Shown here one piece after another: positions 14,316-26,551 of a DNA stretch of 60,000 nt. A program made the position numbers and the translations under genes. The DNA is taken from the NCBI GenBank assembly GCA_965235115.1, contig OZ249436.1:19098001-19158000 (forward strand). Direction: 5' to 3'. Under the pieces are notes generated by a model, which did not search any database, was not told the DNA's origin, and saw only the letters and a list, made by a program, of their open reading frames with translations. This DNA is from Laetmonice hystrix. Its lineage: Eukaryota. Positions within the stretch are counted from its first letter, which is position 1; each line of letters begins with the position of its first letter.

Positions 14316-15444
14316 GTGGTAGGGAAACTGTAAATCCTGTCCTACCCGAGCCACGGACGCGGATTCTCATTGGATCGGGTTCTATTTTTAGGTGATCGTT
14401 ACTGGTGCGTTCCTGCACACAAGTGTAATAGAACGTTCTGATAGTTGTTCGATATTCAGAAATGTAACGGCGATGTTTATCAAATTGCACGAGGGAAGGC
14501 GGGCAGTGTTTGGGGTGGTGCGGCCAGATTCAAGTTAATCGAGTAAGTTTCGGTCGAGCTGCCTGATGATATTGTCCTTCATTTAAATTACTTTTGCTCC
14601 ACCGATGGCGGTGGTGATTGCCATTTGTGTCAGGACTTGGTGAAGGCCGAGTGTTGTTGGGGAGGACTGGCGGTATGTCAGGAGCAATTGTATCGATCAG
14701 GGAGGCTGGGAGATATTCACTAAGAGCTCAAGGCGTGCACGTTTAGGGAGCTCTGCCTGTCCCTGCCGCTGACGGTCGACCAACCACCGGCCACTTCATC
14801 CTCTACTCTTATAATTGCAATGTCAAAACCCTGGTTATTGTCAGGACAAATTAATTTGGTTAAAGTAATCATCAAAATTGGATTATCTCATAAAAATATG
14901 ACTCGTCAAGCAGCGTGTAACAAAAGGCAGACGCCGTGAAGTGGTAAATATTATAATCCAACAGTAGGGAGCTCAGAGAGAGAGACGCCCGCGTCTCGGG
15001 CGGTGAGAACTCTATGCAACATATCCTACTCACAATGTCATGACGTCATCAACGCCATCATGTATATTATACTATATGGAGGCGGTATGTATAGTGTGAG
15101 AGAGCAGGGGGCCGAGTACTTTGTATGGAGGCGTTATTTCTGCGTACACTAGCCTCATGAACAAACGCTGGTCTCCAGCCAATGTCTTCAGATGTTCGTC
15201 GTCTTAAAGTAGGCCAGGCGCAGGCCGAGCGGCCGCCGCGAGTCAGCCTAATCAAAGACAATGTTTGCTACAGACCAGTGATTTCACAACCGCCATGCAC
15301 GCTCACGTTCTGGCCGCGCTCACAGAGGCACGGTCGACGCCGTGTGGTGGACGCGCTTTAAGGCGATAATCTGGTCGGTTTGTGGTGGGGCTGGAGACCG
15401 TCAATGGGGGAGAGAAGGTCTACATGGAGTATTCCGAGATTCGT

Positions 15445-15645
15445 GTCGCTCGCAGACACACATCGCTTGAAGACACGCATCGCTTGCAGACACACATCGC
15501 CCGCAGACACATGTCGTTCGCAGACACACCGCTCGCAGACACACATCGCTCGCAGACACACATCGCTCGCAGACATGTGTCGCTCGCAGACCCGCATGCC
15601 GCATCGCTCGCAGACACACCGCTCGCAGACACGCATCGCTCGCAG
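15445..15645. repeat. 17-bp minisatellite (TCGCTCGCAGACACACA)
   Basis: About 12 degenerate copies. Confidence 0.88.
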
Positions 15646-16956
15646 TTCTTTGCGCGTCTTCTGAGCGTGTCTGACAGACCACAACCTAACACGCCTTGAC
15701 GCCGCCTCTCCCACAGGACTGAACTCCAGCCTCTAATGGCGGGTCGACTTTCAGAGAACGATCTTCTTTTACCAGCAACAAATCAGGCAGGTTCTCGCGA
15801 GATTCACAGAACCCACACTTGGACGCGTTGCCATGGCAACATCCCCATCCTATACATCCTAAACGATTCATTGGGCCAGCCTCTCCCAACCCATTATAGT
15901 GAACGTCACGGCTGACCGTCACGGCTGAACGTCACGGCTGACGTCACGTCTGACTTCACGGCTGACGCCACGGCTGAACGTAAGCAGCAGAAGATAATCA
16001 GACGTTGATGATAGTACGTTCCACCGGGAAGTCTCGACTCAAGGATCGACACTTATGAATGGTATGCTGTCTAGATTTGCTCTCAATCTAATTAGCAAAA
16101 TGTTAACTACCCTAGCCATTATGTCTGCGAAACACCCGCGTTCAAGCTGAGCGCCTTGTTAATGGCGTGATGTAGAGTTGGGTAATTTTTGTGTTAACCA
16201 GTCTGCTGGATGACACCACTGGAGAATGACTTCGATGTTACTACACGAGACTATACAACTTCTTCAGACCATACTACACTTGCAGTTCTAGGAACGGTTT
16301 AGGTAAAAATATATCTGCAGGCGGATTGAGAAATACAAGAAGCGGCGTGGGTGTGACTGGAAAATGGGAAAACCTTACTAATGGCGAACGTAAGGAGTAA
16401 AACGCAGAATGGCGCCGGCTGACCGTTTTTCATATTTCTAATTAGGACCAAATCAGGGATGGGAAGAGCTCGTTTTTTTCAAGTTTGTCTGCTTTTCCCT
16501 GAACAAATGTATTAAATAAACTACTAATAAATACAACACCTATCATCTCAGGAGACGATTAGTCGTTTTTGTTTGGGGATGTATTTTATAACATCCTTAA
16601 GGGTGTAATGCTGCAAGCCTGCAAATGTTACGCTTGGGCTACTTACTTTTGGTAGAATAAAAATGTATTTTAGCATTCCAACCTCGTCAGCATGAAATCA
16701 TCAGGTTAATGAAAATATTAATGTAAAAAACATTTCTTTCACGTAGAGTACATGTCTTTAGCATTTGATTTTTCCTCCATTTAGTCATGCTATACTATCC
16801 TCAACATAATAGCATACAAATCATAGTAGTATACGAAAATGTGAGTTTGATAGCAGGGCATCTTCGCGGTTTGGTACTCGGCCCATTTATTTGGAGCAGC
16901 TCAGCATAACAAAACCAGAATTTCGATAAAGGCAATCCTAGAAGTTAATATATCTC

Positions 16957-17960
16957 GCCCAGTTATTTCGAGTAGTAGTATATCAAAATGGAGGTTTGGG
17001 TTTAGGGAATCGACGATGATTGTAAGTCTGGCCCAGTTATTTTTAAGTAGTAGTATATCAAAATGGAGGTTTGGGTTTAGGGAATCGACGATGATTGTAA
17101 GTCTGGCCCAGTTATTTTTAAGTAGTAGTATATCAAAATGGAGGTTTGGGTTTAGGGAATCCACGATGATTGTAAGTCTGGCCCAGTTATTTTTAAGTAG
17201 TAGTATATGAAAATGGAGGTTTGGGTTTAGGGAATCCACGATGATTGTAAGTCTGGCCCAGTTATTTTTAAGTAGTAGTATATCAAAATGGAGGTTTGGG
17301 TTTAGGGAATCCACGATGATTGTAAGTCTGGCCCAGTTATTTTTAAGTAGTAGTATATCAAAATGGAGGTTTGGGTTTAGGGAATCCACGATGATTGTAA
17401 GTCTGGCCCAGTTATTTTTAAGTAGTAGTATATCAAAATGGAGGTTTGGGTTTAGGGAATCCACGATGATTCCAGTTATTTTTAAGTAGTAGTATATGAA
17501 AATGGAGGTTTGGGTTTAGGGAATCCACGATGATTCCAGTTATTTTTAAGTAGTAGTATATGAAAATGGAGGTTTGGGTTTAGGGAATCCACGATGATTC
17601 CAGTTATTTTTAAGTAGTAGTATATGAAAATGGAGGTTTGGGTTTAGGGAATCCACGATGATTCCAGTTATTTTTAAGTAGTAGTATATGAAAATGGAGG
17701 TTTGGGTTTAGGGAATCCACGATGATTCCAGTTATTTTTAAGTAGTAGTATATGAAAATGGAGGTTTGGGTTTAGGGAATCCACGATGATTCCAGTTATT
17801 TTTAAGTAGTAGTATATGAAAATGGGGGTTTGGGTTTAGGGAATCCACGATGATTCCAGTTATTTTTAAGTAGTAGTATATGAAAATGGAGGTTTGGGTT
17901 TAGGGAATCCACGATGATTCCAGTTATTTTTAAGTAGTAGTATATCAAAATGGAGGTTTA
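16957..17960. repeat. Minisatellite with six 75-bp units followed by ~8.5 64-bp units
   Basis: Period is 75 (17033 to 17108) and then 64 (17461, 17525, 17589); the short unit lacks gtaagtctggc. Confidence 0.97.
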
Positions 17961-19966
17961 GTCACAGGGACAACCTGACGTATATTTCTGGCCTGCCTCA
18001 CACATATGATATAAAGAGCACTACTACCAACCTGATCCAGTCACTTCAATTCATCCCCAAACGTAAACTACATCAGTTTATCGTCTCAGTGTGAAACTAT
18101 ATCAAGGATCACTATTCAGTGGTGAAACTGTCCGAACCAGGCCCTCTGGGCCGTTACCCGATAACCATGGCAACACTTTCCATGACCTTGAACCTAGTGA
18201 CCTAAATATAGCCCGGCGGGTTTGTTGTGGCCAATTACTGTGAGCTTTGAGTAGTTGTGGCAGCAGTACCTCCCCGGTGTTTACTTGACTAACGACTTGG
18301 AAATGATTTGGCAATATCAGCGGGCCAGACACAAATGGCAGCAGGTGAACGCGCCGAGTGAGCTGTATAATCATGACCGAGATAAACAGTTTACGGATCT
18401 ACTAGCCGCAAACCAATCCCAGTGGATTGTTTAGCTGTTCACATACTGGGACATGACGTGTGACCACCGGTGACGGATCTTTGTGACACAGCTGATATAT
18501 ATGTATTTAAATGAAAGGGCGATAAAAGGTCTTTATCTCCGCAATGTGACATTATGCACGGGCATAACGTTTAACCAAGTTAACTTTTATGATGATCCGA
18601 CCGGTATAGTGTCTCAGTGGAATCGAACCACGTCCCTCGGATTTCTGCAATGAATCGCATAGCATAATGTATCCCACCCAAACTAACTACAGCACCACCA
18701 CATACAGAGGGAAGCAGGGCGATGGAACCTCCCCTGACTAACTGACATGTTCTGTAATGGCGCGGAACTATACTTTCCTGGATGGGGATACACATGGTTT
18801 TACAGAGACATTTACATGTTGAGTTAATCCGTATGCACGTAACAGACATATGTACGTTTAATTATCTAAGTATACAGGCATAGCCGCATGTGAAATATGT
18901 GCACAGCCTGTGTCTCTATAAGCCTACATAATATATGTCAGTTGCAATAATTGAAGGCGACCCATCAGACACATCGTCACTTGACGATGTTTGCCGATCG
19001 ACCGTCGTGACGCCCTGGCAGGGTGGGAGGCAGAGGGAAGGCAGGAGGGAGGGAGGCAGAGGGAGGGCAGGAGGGAGGTAGAGGAGAGGGTTCTCTGGGA
19101 AGATGAGCGATGATTCGCGGCAGCTTTCTCTGACGTCCGCGCGACACTGTGGACAAGTCCTTTGTGAAGGGCCACTTTCACGTGCCACAACCATCTCCAG
19201 TTGTGTGTGTTAGTGCTCAAGGCCACAGACTCTGGCCTTTAATTACAGCCACACAAGTCGCCAAATGCCGCCCCTAGAATGCCAACAACAGACTCTTAAC
19301 GAGCTAAAATTACAGGGCTTGCTCGCTTACTGCAACCGAAAACTAACCGAGATTTAAAGGACATGGAGATTCAAAATGGGGATCAGTTTTCAACAAAGAG
19401 GCTCTCAGCTTGCCTGTTCGTCAGTCAAGGTCCCTTGTCATGCCAAGCCTGCACTGGGAATGGATGACGTCAGTGGTCAGGTCAGGTCACAGTTTTTTTC
19501 CCGGCAGTGTTTTCAGTAAAAGCCGCTGCCATCACACGGTATGATACCTGTGATTGGGCTCAGACCCACGGCTGAGTTATAATCACGGTCAGGAAACATG
19601 TGAGAACCCCCCATGGCATGCACTCGTTTCCTCTGGCCCCTTGGTATTGATTGTGGGGGCAGGTCTGGCAGAATGCTCCCACCCATGTCCGCTCGATCAG
19701 TATGAGGGATTATAAACCGTGGTCTGACGACCTCATACAACCCTATCTTAACGCACCCCTTGGGGCATTACCTCAACCCTCCAATTACAACATAATCTCA
19801 ACCTTTCTCCGCCCCACCTTCAGTATGCTCAGTCTGGGTCTCCTCTTGTATTCAAATTGTTTGCGGAGACAAGCAAAGATGGTTGAAAACTCCCAATGAT
19901 CGGACCATTCGTAGACTCATAAAAGATGGCAAGTTGATTGCATAATTGGTCGTTGTATTCAATAAT

Positions 19967-20168
19967 AACAGTTTGAGACAGGATCTAACAGTCTGGGGCA
20001 GGATCTAACAGTCTGAGACAGGATCTAACAGTCTGGGACAGGATCTAACAGTCTGGGGCAGGATCTAACAGTCTGGGGCATGATCTAACAGTCTGGGGCA
20101 GGATCTAACAGTCTGGGACAGGATCTAACAGTCTGGGACAGGATCTAACAGTCTGGGGCAGGATCTAA
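19967..20168. repeat. 20-bp minisatellite (GGATCTAACAGTCTGGGGCA), ~10 copies
   Basis: Exact 20-bp period. Confidence 0.95.
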
Positions 20169-21930
20169 TGAAGATCTAACCAGATACGGATTCAAGTGTT
20201 CGGGGAGTCAATCCCTCCACGGCCCAACCAACATTTTTCCTGACCCGTAAACGATCTCAGTTTATTTGCTACCTCTGCCACTCACCCAGCCAATGTCATA
20301 GTGCCCCGGCCCTTACGTTGTGTTTACAACCAGGTAGATCGGCGAGTTTACTACCGTACCGTGCCAGGAGACCGGTGGGGAGAGTAAGTCTGCTATCGTT
20401 AAACTAGACTCGACCCCCCGCCCCTTGAAACCAATCCACAACTAACATGACCCATCCAGCCTCTCAATACATAATTGATACCCATACAACAGGGCCAGCA
20501 GACACAATGAGTAGTCTAGTGTAGAAAACACGGTTTGTGGCCCTGTCCATACTCTCATCAAGAACCGATTCTCCACTGAATCTCCACCGGAATCCGACCT
20601 AAAGAGGATCAATGATATTACGTTTTCTGAGCTTCTACCCGCCAGTGAGTCCAATAACGTACCCAGGCACCGACTGATGGTCCCATTCACTCATGATGAG
20701 GGTTTAGATTATGTGGACTAGACTTTATTACGCCAGCATTACCTTATTGTATGAAGTAAGTATCCTTCCGCTCAACGTTAAGCAAAGTAGGTCACAACGT
20801 GAAGCAAGTTGTGGGGAATTTACGCTTATCCCTACGTGCTGACGTGTTCCTTGGGGTTGCATATTTATCACATGGGTTGAGTCAAATCACTGCGCATTGG
20901 TAGCATTGACATTGGTAAATAAAACATGGGGAAACTAACAAAGTTGATGATAACTCGAGGTGCGAGTCACTCCTTTAAAATCTTGCGGAGCGCTCGAACG
21001 GGCGCTGTAATTAGCTCATTGGTCGTGGGACACTATCTAATTCTTTTTGTATAAAAAAACCCGCCTCAAATCCATTCAAAAAGGTGAATTAACTGTTAAA
21101 CTTGGTCAATGTACCACGAGTACGTGTTATAATTCAGCGACATTTTAAAGGGAATATGCTGGTTGATTTGTGACAGGTGCACCATGTAGAATCAGTGTGT
21201 AGAACTCCGTAATGCGTGTCCCATCCTGTGATATAACATCAATGTTACACTCCATTTCCACTGGCTTCAGTGAATAATGCTTTGTTTGGCACAGCCCTCC
21301 CGATCCATTAAACCATAAAGAAGTCTCCAAACCCGGATATAGTTCCTTCGACAACACTTTCAGTGAAGCCCACGTTTAGATAGGGAAAGAATCACCCTGT
21401 AAAGAAAACAGTAATTTGTCGCATTTATTATTGTTGCTTTAACAAAGAGTGATTTGCTTGTCGAAGGCGGTCGGTAAGCAGCCGTTTATTGTGACTGATG
21501 GGGGTGGTGCCGGTTTGTGACCACTATTTTAACTCACTCTCCACAGTCACATCGGTCTACTGGAGCAATGAATTGTCATCGAGAAAACATCGCTTCGGCC
21601 TGACTGTGCGAGGAGGTGATGAAAGGGGGGAGGGGCACTGAGGAGGGGTCGGAAAATCTACCTCTGTCAGCGAATTTAAAGACCTCGGTCTTTGACCCGG
21701 GTTGACCTTTCGTGACCTTATGACCTCTGTGGTCTATGCAGAGATCTGCTGGTCTGGTGAGGAGACCAGACCCTGCACCCTGTCCACCCTACTGTTCCTA
21801 CCCCGCCTCCTCCTCACCCCCGCCGGCTGATCACCTGGGTATCAGGGCTTCACCCCCCTCCCCACTCCTATCTCTATATACATAGGATCATGTCGACTCC
21901 AGCCAAGTGGAAACCGACACAGACCGCCCC

Positions 21931-21946
21931 CAGCGCCCCCTGGTGG
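21931..21946 (-). promoter_or_regulatory. CTCF-consensus-like site
   Basis: The minus strand reads CCACCAGGGGGCGCTG, matching the canonical CTCF core. Binding is not shown. Confidence 0.5.
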
Positions 21947-22356
21947 AGACAGAGTCGACCAATCAGCGGCCTGGAGACAGACGGGGGTTATCTGTAGTAC
22001 AGATCGCCATTAGCGGGAGGTCGCCCGGGCCAGAGGCCTCACGTCTTCATCCCCTGGCTTTGAGACGATAAAACCACGGCAGCCTTCTGACGACCCGAGC
22101 GCCGGTTGGCGGGCCCTAACGAGCACCGACTGACTCAGGTAGGCCTTACCTGAGGGCCGACTTCAAAGGGCGCAGTCGGCACGCTTAAACACACACACCC
22201 CTCCAATCCAATGCCAACTGCTTTCGGCGTGATCCTTAAATAACTGGTCGATTGAGTTGGAAGGATAACTAGATTTAGATCTATGCTGAAGCATAAATTC
22301 AATCTATACTGGAATTAATAGCGGATTTATCCTGGCTCTATAACGTTCAGAACTCA

Positions 22357-22790
22357 TTCTCACACCGGACACTCTCTGCCTGGGGCTCGCCTCTAACTCA
22401 TCTCACACCCAACACTCTCTGCCTGGGACTCGCCTCTAACTCATCTCACACCCAACACTCTCTGCCTGGGACTCGCCTCTAACTCATCTCACACCCAACA
22501 CTCTCTGCCTGGGACTCGCCTCTAACTCATCTCACGCCCAACACTCTTTGCCTGGGACTCGCCTCTAACTCATCTCACACCCAACACTCTCTGCCTGGGA
22601 CTCTCCTCTAACTCATCTCACACCCAACACTCTCTGCCTGGGACTGGCCTCTAACTCATCTCACACCCAACACTCTCTGCCTGGGACTCGCCTCTAACTT
22701 ATCTCACACCCAACACTCACCCCCTGGGACTCGCCCCTAAGTCATCTCACACCCAACACCTGCCTGGGACTCGCCTCTAACTCATCTCAC
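22357..22790. repeat. 43-bp C-rich minisatellite, ~10 copies
   Basis: ctcgcctctaactcatctcacacccaacactctctgcctggga repeated at a 43-bp period. Confidence 0.95.
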
Positions 22791-23064
22791 ATTAGGCTAG
22801 CTCAGTTAGGGACTGGCCTGAAACCAGCCTCACACGGACTGTGCTCTCAGTAGTAAGTTTATATCAAGTAGAGGACAGCTGGTACGCGGTAATAGAGCTT
22901 GGACTCGTCTGTAGTCATGATACTGTATGGCCACTGTTCTTTCATGGAGAACATGTAAAGTACATCAGCAGTTCAATATCGGTGTGTACAGGTATGACCG
23001 GGCCTGGTGGGTGGACGGACAGGTCGGGGTAAGGTACACGGAATGGGGGGGGGGGGGGGGGGGG

Positions 23065-23397
23065 AGGGGCCTACATACACAGGGGGGGCAGGGGGTCTGG
23101 GGCCGACATACACGGGGCCGGGGGCCTGGGACCGACATACACGGGGCCAAGGGGGTCTGGGGCCGACATACACGGGGCCAGGGGGCCTGGGCCGACATAC
23201 ACGGGGCCAGGGGGTCTGGGGCCGACATACACGGGGCCTGGGGGTCTGGGGCCGACATACACGGGGCCGGGGGTCTGGGGCCGACATACACGGGGCCAGG
23301 GGGCCTGGGGCCGACATACACACTGTCAGGGGCCAAGGGGGTCTGGGGCCGACATACACGGGGCCAGGGGGTCTGGGGCCGACATAGACGGGGGCCT
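23065..23397. repeat. ~30-bp G-rich minisatellite (ggggccgacatacacggggccagggggtct)
   Basis: About 11 copies following a long G homopolymer; it accounts for the overlapping ORFs at 22927-23537. Confidence 0.93.
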
Positions 23398-24369
23398 AAA
23401 AGGAGGGCAGAAACCGAAGTAGATTCTTGCCCGTCCAGAATTCCCCGCCAGATTTTGACGCGAGTTGATGTAGAAGTCTGAAGTGTGTCGGAATTAGTCC
23501 CACAGAGCAGTTCAGGTATAATGTGCACATCTAACATGCTGAAAGGACATTAAATGTCAACTCTCAAATCTAAAACGCATTTAGTTTTTCCTGGTATTTT
23601 CCCACCCAACCTCCCCTTACGCCATTCTCCGTTTTACAACAGTTAATGTAAAACGATTACCCGGCCCTGGCGGGCGTCCTGCCGTGGTTAGCGGGCCCTG
23701 GCAGACGTCCGGCCGTCGTTACATACCCCCACACCGACCGTGCTCGGACCGTTGTCGATACGGTCTCCGTTTGAAATGTCAGAGTGCCGAACGCATTGAG
23801 CCGCAGTCAACCAGCACACGCCGTACGAGTACTATGCATGGAAATGATCACATTAGTCTATCAGCGCGGCGTACGAACGGCGGCGTTCCGCTGGTTATAA
23901 TGAATTAAGTGGAGGCCGGGCAGGAAGGCGTACTCGGTATTTGACTATCATAGACCGCGCCCGAGCGGTGCTTAGTTATAGCACTGGTTGTGCTGGCTGT
24001 GTTGGTGGAGGGGGGGGGGGGGGTCCCTCCCCCGTTTAGATCCCGGTAGGACTAGGCGTCCAACTTTCAGGATCTCGTCAGTAATTACCCCACAGTCGCC
24101 AGGAACACTGCTTGGCCGGTTACTTTTCATGGCCAATGGCAGGTGTGACGAAGTACAACCGACTGCCAGGCCGAACGTGTGAAACATCGATCGGGTTGTG
24201 GGTTGGCCAGCTAGCCGGCGGCCAGTACTACCACTGCCACCAGCCAGCCAGCCAGCCAAGTCCGTCCACATGGTCCTGCCGTAGAACGATGAGCATCTTG
24301 GCATTTATCAGATATACTTCGATGAATTACAACTCATACCTCAATTTGTATTGGTTGCTGGGGGGCAAG

Positions 24370-24900
24370 TAGTCACGTGATCCCGCGTGCTGGCCAATCG
24401 GCGTGGATTTACTATTTACATTTGACCATGGACAGCCGACCATCGACACCTTAAGCGGCAGTGTCTATGATCGTTAAGTCAGTATAGCGGAGGGCAATAT
24501 TGTGACTGCTCTCTCGGCCACTGCCCGGTGCTGATAGCGTATCAGAGCTCTTCACGCTTGTATATTTCACGTATGTTCTCCTATCGATCTGTGCGAGTCC
24601 ATAAAAGCAGTGCTGGTCACGTTTGGCGGCCGCTGAGGCCGGGGGTGAAGAAGGGACCGGCCGGCCAGCTGACTGCCGTCCGTCAGCCTCGGTCGATACT
24701 CAGCCCATCGGCCCGGGCGAGAAACCACATCACCCACCGATAGGTGACGTGCCGTCTATTGGCCGCTGTACCACTTCCAAGCTGGCTAGATCCGGCCAAA
24801 AAAATCGACTGGCCATGATCGGTGAAGGGGAGGGGGATAGTGCGAGGCTAAACGATTGTGACGCATTGGCTGGGTCCACAGCAGTGAAAGGAAATCGAGA
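24370..24900. promoter_or_regulatory. CpG-rich promoter/enhancer-like segment
   Basis: GTCACGTGA E-box followed by GGCCAATCGG at 24372-24401, further ATTGG boxes and many CpGs. Motif-level evidence only. Confidence 0.3.
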
Positions 24901-25683
24901 AATAAAAGGAACAATGGTTGATTGTTGAGGGCGCTCCGACTGCGCACGCCTTGAACAGCGCCCTCAAGCGGCACAAACGCTCATTCGGATATTGGTCACT
25001 GACCACTGGTTATAAGATCGTATGAGAGCAGAGCGCATTGGGGGTGGGGGTCGACAGCCAAGGGGTGTATACGGAGGGAGGGTCTCATCCTCTAACCGAC
25101 CGTTGTAAAGGGTAAGAACTGTACCCCACGGTCACATCCACCGTAAATGGGAGAATCCCCATTTCTGTCTACAGGGTGTCTCAAAATCCCAAAAGCATAA
25201 ATCTTTGATAACCACAAGTATTGGATTTTCCATATATAGATTTTGCAAATGACCTGCTTAGCGGATAACCTGGTCTATCACGGAGGCTGTTTCTATTTCT
25301 CAGAATTTTCCGAAGATCGTCTCTGAAAATAGCCTGAACTTCTTTTGTTACAATTGATTTTACTTTACACTAATGGCATAACTAAAATCTAATCCCATCG
25401 TAAACTGCAATGTCGGTAGTTCAGAGAGGTTATTTAGCTCTACACTAGGCCTATATCTGTTTGAGTCAAGTAACCTTCTTCAATTGCTCCCATCATTTTG
25501 GATGAGCCTGTATTTCCCAGCAGGCTGTGGGCCGGTCGGAAGGCCCATGTGTCGCCTGCGGCGTACACACACACACACCCCCCCCCACACACACACACAA
25601 GAAGCCGACTCCCAGAAGGCACCGGGGCAGGTAGCGTCCCATCGACATAGTGTGTCTGCCGTAATGTATATTCCCGAGGACGC

Positions 25684-26551
25684 ACCCTGTGTCCCGTGGG
25701 CGGACCCTGTGTCCCGTGGGCGGACCCTGTGTCCCGAGGAAGGACCCTGTGTCCCGTGGGCGGACCCTGTGTCCCGTGGGCGGACCCTGTGTCCCGTGGG
25801 CGGACCCTGTGTCCCGTGGGCGGACCCTGTGTCCCGAGGAAGGACCCTGTGTCCCGTGGGCGGACCCTGTGTCCCGAGGACGGACCCTGTGTCTCGTGGG
25901 CGGACCCTGTGTCCCGTAGGCGGACCCTGTGTCCCGTGGGCGGACCCTGTGTCCTTGGGCGGACCCTGTGTCCCGTGGGCGGACCCTGTGTCCCGTGGGC
26001 GGACCCTGTGTCCCGTGGGCGGACCCTGTGTCCCGAGGAAGGACCCTATGTCCCGTGGGCGGACCCTGTGTCCCGAGGAAGGACCCTATGTCCCGTGGGC
26101 GGACCCTGTGTCCCGTGGGCGGACCCTGTGTCCCGTGGGCGGGCCCTGTGTCCCGTGGGCGGACCCTGTGTCCCGTGGGCGGACCCTGTGTCCCGTGGGC
26201 GGACCCTGTGTCCCGAGGAAGGACCCTGTGTCCCGTGGGCGGACCCTGTGTCCCGAGGACGGACCCTGTGTCCCGTGGGCGGACCCTGTGTCCCGTGGGC
26301 GGACCCTGTGTCTCGTGGGCGGACCCTGTGTCCCGTGGGCGGACCCTTTGTCCCGAGGAAGGACCCTATGTCCCGTGGGCGGACCCTGTGTCCCGTGGGC
26401 GGACCCTGTGTCCCGAGGAAGGACCCTATGTCCCGTGGGCGGACCCTGTGTCCCGTGGGCAGACCCTGTGTCCCGTGGGCGGACCCTGTGTCCCGTGGGC
26501 GGACCCTGTGTCCCGTGGGCGGACCCTGTGTCCCGTGGGCGGACTCTGTGT
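25684..26551. repeat. 20-bp minisatellite (GGACCCTGTGTCCCGTGGGC), ~43 copies with interspersed CGAGGAA variants
   Basis: Exact 20-bp period; it accounts for the ORFs at 25484-26729. Confidence 0.97.

Noticed and set aside
18612..18700. B-box-like GGTTCGATTCC on minus (a similar one lies at ~58570)
   Set aside because: No cloverleaf or properly spaced A box could be built; at most these are decayed tRNA-derived SINE heads, so no tRNA is called.
21145..21410. Strong minus-strand acceptor (tgttttctttacag|G near 21397) next to a 70-aa ORF
   Set aside because: All three frames hit a stop within 12 codons of the acceptor. TACAGGGTGATTC may instead be a solitary mariner-like end; a similar unpaired TACAGGGTGTCTCAAAA lies near 25170.
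21536..21605. Candidate second exon on minus (ctcgcacag|TCAGG...GAGA|GTGAGT)
   Set aside because: In phase 1 it reads VRPKRCFLDDNSLLQ and then a stop before the donor.
24924..24967. 11-bp inverted repeat TTGAGGGCGCT...AGCGCCCTCAA
   Set aside because: It is an isolated short hairpin with no U-tract, TSD or other support. Rho-independent terminators do not apply in this context.
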